Of a DNA stretch of 64,000 bases, positions 55,786 to 64,000 are shown in pieces; positions within the stretch are counted from its first letter, which is position 1, and each line of letters begins with the position of its first letter. Location: assembly GCA_951406725.2 (NCBI GenBank), contig OX597825.1, forward strand, positions 64,914,001 through 64,978,000, written 5' to 3'. The notes below the pieces were generated by a model, which saw only the letters and a program-made list of their open reading frames with translations, did not search any database and was not told the DNA's origin. This stretch comes from Octopus vulgaris (Eukaryota). The translations under genes were made by a program, and so were the position numbers.

Positions 55786-56435
55786 TATGCGTCATTACAT
55801 TACCCAATATACCTTTCCTTCCGTAAGATGTTGAAATGGGGTTTGAAAGAGTAAATGCTATTCTTTACAGGTCGCACTAGCAAAAACAAAAAAAAAATAA
55901 TAATGCTGTATTATTTTCCCTCTGTTTTGTACTATCATAAGTAATGATGCTGATAGTAAGGATGTATATATGGCTGTGATGATGACGACGACGACGACGA
56001 CGTCGTCGAAGGCGACGTCGACGACAAAGATTTTTGACATTGACACCAAAAGTTCAAAGATTCTAGACAGAGGTTTTAATCAATACGAGGGACATTGTAC
56101 AGAAAGTTTACTGAATTTATTGATCACTGAATAACGAAAACATATCTGGCGCCGGTGAGGGTCTTAAATCAGATCACAAAGAAACTTAGCCTTGAAACTC
56201 TGCGATTCCTACCCCTTTATCTTTCGAACTATAATAAAAGTGATCGATACCATAGTCACGCCAGCACGAACTCGGGTGGAGAATTGGTACTGGAGTGTAT
56301 ATCGATTCGGTTCTTGATTGACTCTTATTTTCTCGTCCAAAAGACGTAAATCAAATTCTTCAGCATTTCAGTTTCTTCTTCGCCGTTTTCTACAAACTTC
56401 ACGAATTTTGCTGGATTTGAACTTGGAAACTTTAA

Positions 56436-56862
56436 CAGGAATGGCTGTCTGGTAAGTAGCTTCCTTACCAACCACATGATTCCGTGTTCGGTCCCACTGT
56501 GTGGCACCTTGTGCAAGTGTCTTCTACTATAGCCTCGGGCCGACCAAAGCCTTGTGAGTGGATTTGGTAGACGGAAACTGAAAGAAGCCCGTCGTATATA
56601 TGTATATATATATATATGTATATATGTGCGTGTGTGTGTTTGTGTGCCTGTGTTTGTCCCCCTAGCATTGCTTGACAACCTATGCTGGCGTGTTTATGTC
56701 CCCGTTACTTAGCGGTTCGGCAAAAGAGACCGATAGAAATATACTGGGCTTGCAAAAGAATAAGTCCCGGGGTCGAGTTGCTCGATTAAAGGCGGTGCTC
56801 CAGCATGGCCGCAGTCAAATGACTGAAACAAGTAAAAGAGTAAAAGAGTAATAAAAGAGTAA
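56436..56862 (+). mobile_element. SINE family A, full length
   Basis: Complete element with (GTAAAAGA)n tail. Confidence 0.92.
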
Positions 56863-57144
56863 TCTAAGTAAACACGCTTCTTCTAATTCTATCCGTCCAT
56901 TACAGTGAAGAAACTGTTTTCTTTTTATCTAGTATCTTATTTTTATCTGGTTTAAACAATGCCACGACCATAACCACCAACATCACTGCAACCAGACAAC
57001 AAGATGCCATTTGGCGAAATGCACTCTGCTTCCCATATTCGAATCAAGTTTCTATCATGTGGGTAACTTCCTTTCTTTATGTAGCGGTAGTCTCGGAGTC
57101 TCTGCAAAAGATCATCGGCGTTCCTGGTCTTCGTCTTCTGACAA

Positions 57145-57145
<1 letters not shown>

Positions 57146-57197
<52 letters not shown>

Positions 57198-57900
57198 TGA
57201 TGATGATGATGATGATGATGATGGTGGTGGTGCTGGTGGTGGTGGTGGTGGTGGTGGTGGTGGTGGTAGAGGTGGTGGTGGTGGTGCTGGTGGTGGTGGT
57301 GCTGGTGGTGGAGGTGCTGGTGGAGATGATGGTGGCGGTGGTGATGATGGTGGTGGAGATGGTGGTGGTGGTGGCGGTGGTGGTGGTGGTGGAGAGGATG
57401 ATGGTGGAGGAGATGATGGTGGTGGTGGTGATGGTGGTGGTGGTGGAGATGATGGTGGTGGTGGAGATGATGAGGATGATGGCGATGGTGATGTTGGTGG
57501 TGGTAAAAGAAGGAGGGCAAGAGGAAGACAAAAGAAGAAAATGAAGAAGAAAAAGAGGAGGAAGGAAAGTGGTGTAAAAGAAGAAAGAGGAGATTAAGGT
57601 GAAGAAAAGAAAAGAGAAAGCATAGAGCGAAAAAAACATGCAGTAATAAGAGAATGAGGAAAGAGAAAACTATCATGAAGAAAGAAGAGGAAAAGGAAGA
57701 GAAGTATAAGTAGAAGAACAGAGAGAGAGAGAGAGAGCGAGATGAAGAAGTAGGAGAATGACGAAATGGCTGGTGAGAAAGAAGAAGAAAGAAAGGAATG
57801 AAGGCGGTGGTTGAGGAAGGAGTAAGGAATAAGATAAACGAAGAGGGAGGGGGGAGATTAAGAAGCATGAGAAGAAGGAAAAAAATGAAGTCGAAATATG
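57146..57900. repeat. Compound (AAT)n-(GAT)n-(GGT)n microsatellite followed by a purine-rich tract
   Basis: Directly visible. Confidence 0.95.
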
Positions 57901-58034
57901 AACAAGTAACATAACAACAACAACACCAACAACAACAACAAGGTTAGATAGAATAAAACTGAAGGAACATCTGCAAAGAGCAAAAACCTAAAAACAAAAA
58001 CAAAGATCTCTCCAAAAGCCAAATAAACAGCAAG

Positions 58035-58087
58035 TAATAATAATAATGATCATCATCACAATAATAATAATAATAATAATAATAATG

Positions 58088-58175
<88 letters not shown>

Positions 58176-58180
58176 TAATA

Positions 58181-58219
<39 letters not shown>

Positions 58220-58245
58220 TAATAATAATAATAATAATGAAGAAG

Positions 58246-58285
<40 letters not shown>
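58035..58285. repeat. (AAT)n microsatellite
   Basis: Directly visible. Confidence 0.97.
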
Positions 58286-58288
<3 letters not shown>

Positions 58289-58559
58289 AGAACAAGAACC
58301 AGAACAAGTAAACGTGTAGTGAATATCAATCAAAATAAAATGGTAAAGAAAAATATCAAAAAGTCTGGAGACTTTTTGATCTTTGTTGCAATTCCGTTGT
58401 CAGCTCATGAAATGGTATCATAAATGTGTTCATTCTTGCGAAACACACTTTACTGCGATGGCTTCTGTTCTTATATTGGTGAAATTTCTCTAAACATGTA
58501 TTGCATATTGGGATAGAAAATGGACTCACATAGACACACAGACACACACATATACACAC

Positions 58560-58604
<45 letters not shown>

Positions 58605-58870
58605 ATGCACACAAACACGCGCATATATATATATACACATATGTACTCATATATATATACATACATACAGATGCATATATATATATGCATATATAAATTT
58701 ACATATATGTACATATACATATATATAAGTACATATCTAAACGTATATATGTATATATATAATATAGATATAAAATGATATATATATACACATATATATA
58801 TGTGTGTGTGTGCATATCTACATATATATATATGTATATGTACATATGTATATATATATATGTATATAAA

Positions 58871-58979
<109 letters not shown>

Positions 58980-59435
58980 GTATATATACATATATACAGA
59001 TCTATATGTATGTATGTATAAATATATAGCGTATGTATAAATTTACATACAGTATGCAGCGAAAGCGAAAAAGCGAGAGAAAGATTGAGAGAGAGAGAAT
59101 AAGAGAGAGAAAGAAAGAGGGAGCGAGAGAAAATAAGAGAGAGAAAGAGAGAGAAAGAGAGAGAGACAGAGAGAGATGTAAAAGTCAGGTGAGAGAAGAA
59201 AACACAGAAAAAGAATTTCAACGATTCAACGTATATATAGAAGCAGAGCAGAGTAGATAATGTCGTTTGCAATGTGTCTCGTCTTGTTGACTTCACAATC
59301 GTGTATACTTGTACTTTTATATTTCAGAATCTATGTGTATGTTTATTGTTGATCAGTGCGTGTATTGGACGGGTATCAATGTATGTGTTTGTACGTGTAT
59401 GCATTTGCTTTTGTGTTCTTTGTGGGGTCGTGTGT

Positions 59436-59746
59436 GTGGAGGCGCAATGGTTCAGTAGTTAGGGTAGCGGTCTCGCGGTTGGAGGATCGCAGTTTTGATT
59501 CCCAGACCGGGCGTTGTGTGTATTTATTGAGCAAAAACACCTAAAAGCTCCACGAGGCTCCAGCATGGGGTGGTGGAGACCCATCTTGTACTCTTTCACT
59601 CCAACTTTCTCTCACTCTCTCTTCCTGTTTCTTGAGTAACTCTGCGATGGGACGCCAGCTGGGGGGAAACACATACGCCACAAACACCGGAAAACCGGGC
59701 CCATGAGCTTGGCTAGGCTTGAAAAGGGCGCATAAATAAATAAAAA
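59436..59746 (+). mobile_element. SINE family B head and body with the family D 3' tail
   Basis: B head; tail GAGTAA..CTGCGATGG..CCAGCTGG..ACACATACGCCA..GGGCCCATGAGC..AAGGGCGCAT matches 3808-3915. Confidence 0.85.
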
Positions 59747-59775
59747 ATCATTGTCTTAATAGATAGATAGGTAGG

Positions 59776-59812
<37 letters not shown>

Positions 59813-59850
59813 GATAGATAGATAGATAGATGATAGATAGATAGATAGAT

Positions 59851-59908
<58 letters not shown>

Positions 59909-60609
59909 CAGGTATACATGTACAGATATCTGCATACGTACATACATACAGCGTCACATATGAACCTCACAGGGTTTGTTTTAAGTGTGTAATCGCCACA
60001 TGTTGACCCTCAAGTGTACTCACTAAACAATTAAATGTTCTTAGGAACAAGGAATTATATCTATAACTCCTGACTATCTCACTCCCTGTCTCTCTCCTAT
60101 CAATCTATCTCCATCATGTATTTCGTATCTTTTGTGTAGCTGTCAGAATTTTCAATTCATTTAATTCTGTTGCAGTCGTTTTCAAATTTTCTGTACTGAT
60201 GTAGTTTTGTATGCGAAGTATGGAAATGAACTTCATTTTTGCAGTAAATTAATGAATGAACAGTTAATTAATAGCTTTTAAGGTTTGCAAGTTTTGGATA
60301 ATCTTAGTAAATCGAAATCCACAGATATATTGGTACCTGTTTCCATAGTTACAAGTCAAGGTATAGTCTGTTTAAAACTCCAACCACGTGTATTGCTTTT
60401 ACCTATTTATTTTCTTTAACACGTGCCTATTTTTCTGAATGTTAGTACTCCCAACTTTTTTGTCATCCACCCCCTTTTTTTTTTTCATGGAAACGAACGA
60501 AGACTTTCAGTTACTATCCTGTCACTACCTAATTTTCTTTATTTTGAATTGAGTGTTTTCCTGGACCTTTTCAAACTAAATAGAAGTATAACCGCAGCCA
60601 ACTCGGTTA

Positions 60610-61680
60610 ACCTTTTGAAAATGATGGAGAAATTGAACACTGAGGAGGACATGGTTTCTTACTTACAGAAGAGGTGTGTTATCCTTAAAAGAAAATTATG
60701 AGTGGCTGTGTGGTAAGTAACTTGCTTATGAACCACATGGTTCCGAGTTCAGTCCCACTGCATGGCACCTTGAGCAAGTTTCTTCTACTATAGCCTCCGG
60801 CCGACCAAAGCCTTGTGAGTGGATTTGGCAGACGGAAACTGAAAGAAGCTCGTCGTATATATGTATATATGTGTGTATATGTTTGTATGTCAGCAACCGA
60901 TGCTGGTGTGTTTATGTCCCCGTAACTTAGCGGTTCGGCAAAAGAGACCGATAGAATAAGCTTACAAAGAATAAATCCTGGCGTCGATTTGCTCGACTAA
61001 AAGGCGGTGCTCCAGCATGGCCACAATCACATGAATAATACAAGTAAAAGAGTAAAAGAATATAGTAAAAGTCACTATATGAACAAGATGTTTCGCCGGA
61101 AAATATACTGGCGGTGCTCCCGAGGAGGATGCAACAAGTGTACCTGTTAGAAAAGATACTGTTTCTTTTCCTTTACTCATGGGTTTGACTTGAGTCCGGT
61201 TTTGTGCTAAAGAAATAGAGATGAGTCATTGTACAGCTATGCTCGTGATATAATGACCGGAGTTCAGATAGGCTGTCTTGGGAAGATTGTTGAAGGAGAT
61301 AAAAGAGTTTCCTCAAGACTTAAATGCAAGCGGGGAAGAGGGCTTACTATCTGAGAAGCAGGTCCTGGGAGTAGTGGGTCGCGAAACTCGACAGGTTTTA
61401 CTCTATGCGGTGTCATGTCGGAATCACCTCACACTAGTGGAATGTATACATCAATCGGTTCATCGAAAAACCACAAATTGCAGCGACTTGTGGAAGGCCT
61501 TTTCTCACATTCCTGAAATTGATGGTTATAATTTTCAACTTCGAACAGTAAACCACAGCGCTGTGTTTCTTTGCTTGAAAGATAGTACCCACACGCAGTA
61601 AGTCGTAAAAAAGCACAAGCATCTGTGTAAAATGAGTGAATAAAGGGCGCTTCGTTGCGAGACCCACCGTTCTATGGTTT
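60610..61680 (+). pseudogene. Merlin/IS1595-family DDE transposase pseudogene
   Basis: Peptides NTEEDMVSYLQKR, YWRCSRGGC, IGCLGKIVEGD, VLGVVGRETRQVLLYAV..RNHLTL, SDLWKAF and TVNHSAVF...THTQ correspond to the Merlin motifs IGGPGxIVEIDE, WVFGGxER, SDxWKAY and VNHSxxF..HTQxIE. Confidence 0.85.
60700..61060 (+). mobile_element. SINE family A nested in the Merlin transposase
   Basis: Family A sequence interrupts the transposase reading frame. Confidence 0.9.
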
Positions 61681-63428
61681 ATCGTATGCCTACGAGTTTA
61701 TGACGCGCAGGAGATACGAAAATTTCAATGGTTAAGGAGAAACTCCAAGAGTAAATCTCAAACTTTCGATTTTCAATTTTTGCTACAAATTATTTTTTTT
61801 ACATAAACTGAACTACAGTTTGTAATTTTGTAATTTTTCACTATAAAATAAAATTCATTGAAGATGTTTCCTTTTTATATCACACGCCTTTTACAACATT
61901 TCATAAGACTTTATTCATTAAAACTTATGAAGACTTGAAAATTTCTTATACGTTTGCTATTGTAATGTTGTCCTAGAGAGCTATCACGCACAAAATATAT
62001 GCTTCCTAACCCTACTTCGTTATTGGGTATAAAGGATCAAACTTTAAACCTGTATAACAGTTTTTAAAATTTTTTTCTCGAAGAAATGAATAACGAAATC
62101 AGCTTCAGCGTGAAAAATTACATCTGTATACCAAATTTGAAAATTTTTCAGTTGATTCTGAAATTTCAAAAACTGTGACAGCAACAGAAAACATCCTGCA
62201 TTTCCACACTCTCATGACAGATATGCCGTCATATAACTCCACACTACTTTATAATGTAATCAAATATATGCTTGTTGTCTCATCTAATTGCTTATGGTTT
62301 CCTGAGAATGTAGTCTGAGAATTGCTATCTTCTCCTTCATCTGTTATTACTTAATGAAATTTCACCCAAAACCTTGACGTACAGCTCCGGTCGCTGACAT
62401 GTCATGTAAATATTAGGCTCGGGAATTTGGATATAAACGTATGTGCATTTGTCATTCTTAGCATTTCCTCTGCATTACAGAAATTTCTCTTCCATAATTT
62501 TAATCCTTCTCCAATAATGTAAAAGCCAAAGTTAATAGCAGTTACTAATGTACTCCATACAGCATGGGTTAATTTTAATCTTCTTTAACATGGCTTTTAA
62601 GCCAGACCCGACCAGAGGCTAAACAGCAATAAAACAGTATCAATTACCTTCTATCAAAGAGGTTGAACTTCAAGTCTTGATCTTCTAGAAATAGCATAGA
62701 AATTCAGCTCAAAAACCAAAAGAAGATAAAAGGCACAAACCATTTAAAAAACGAAATAAGCCTTCTCAGTGCATTTGGAATACAGGCAATGAAACAAGCC
62801 TGTTGCACGTGTATATCTGTGTGTGTGTGTGTGTGTGAGTGTGTGTGTGTGTGTGTGAATGTGTGTGTGTGTCTGTATCTACGTGTGTGTTTGGGTTCGT
62901 CCGCGAATGTGCGGGATGTGAATTCAGATCGTACAGATCTGAGGAAATTGCCTGTCGTTAAGCATTTTGCCCGATGATATATTTATGATGATGATGATGA
63001 TGATGATGAGGAAAACGTAAATATGGTCATCAAGATTGTCATCACCATCCTTGTTACCCTCATCATTACCAGCGTCGTGATCTTTATTAAATACAGAACA
63101 ACGATGAACCTGATGATATTCAGATGATAAAGATATAGACGGCATGCATTATATCATCATACCTACACACATTGCTTCCTCCACCTTCTCACCCTACTAA
63201 AAGTCATCTTATCTACTACCACGCCCGCATACGCCTCCCACTCCTCATGAACGTACTACTATCGGCGGTGTCGGAGACGGCTGAGTCATTAGCATCATTA
63301 TCATCATCACTATCATCAACAAAATCGTACAAGGCAACCACTATTGAAGTACACATTCTTCAGACAGTATATGTGCTTGTATATTCTTAGATGCGAGTAT
63401 ACATAATTATATACATACATACACGCAT

Positions 63429-63533
<105 letters not shown>

Positions 63534-63591
63534 TGTACATACACACATATATACAGACACGTATACACATACATATAGGCACGTGCATATA

Positions 63592-63632
<41 letters not shown>

Positions 63633-64000
63633 ATACTTATTTACTTGTGTGTGTATGTATATGCTTGTATATGTATAGATGGAAATGTGAGTGCGCATGA
63701 GTGGGAGGGAGGATGTGAAGCGAAGGGTGTAGGTGGGTGTGAGATTTCTATTTGAAATTTCTCGACATTAAGTTGGGAAAGATTAATGCCAGAACCATTT
63801 CAAAGGGGATGAGGTCAGAGGAATGGATGTATGTGTTTTTGGAATGTTAATAAAAGACATACACGGAGTTTGATGTAAATAATGGATATATGCATGCATG
63901 TATGTATGTATATATATATATATATTTCTTATATATACATACATATATGTATACATGCATATATATATATATATATATATATACATACATATACATACAT

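Larger units (their letters stand above)
60125..62196 (+). mobile_element. Merlin (IS1016/ISXO2-like) DNA transposon, decayed, with nested SINE
   Basis: Diverged TIRs of about 170 bp (60125-60300 versus the reverse complement of 62030-62196); 8-bp TSD TGTATTTC/TGCATTTC at 60117-24 and 62197-204; transposase relic inside. Confidence 0.82.

Overview
This is AT-rich, microsatellite-saturated eukaryotic DNA with no protein-coding gene I can support. The SINE families, recognised from memory rather than a database search, point to an octopus (coleoid cephalopod) intron or intergenic region. Almost all ORFs in the track are simple-repeat artefacts. The real content is (i) about 25 copies of four tRNA-derived SINE families (labelled A-D here) that swap heads and tails in modular fashion; (ii) decayed DNA transposons whose termini and target-site duplications (TSDs) can still be recovered: Chapaev3-type, Merlin, three mariners and two Helitrons; (iii) a CR1-like RT relic and an RTE-5'UTR-like element; and (iv) foldback elements. 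The most striking observations are predicted type I hammerhead ribozymes in short non-coding elements next to (TA)n tracts. One is a 132-bp near-perfect palindrome (27497-27628) encoding a complete hammerhead on each strand. The other is a minimal hammerhead with a long stem II (40412-40545, minus strand). A cryptic ~50-bp ancient satellite underlies about 2970-5120.
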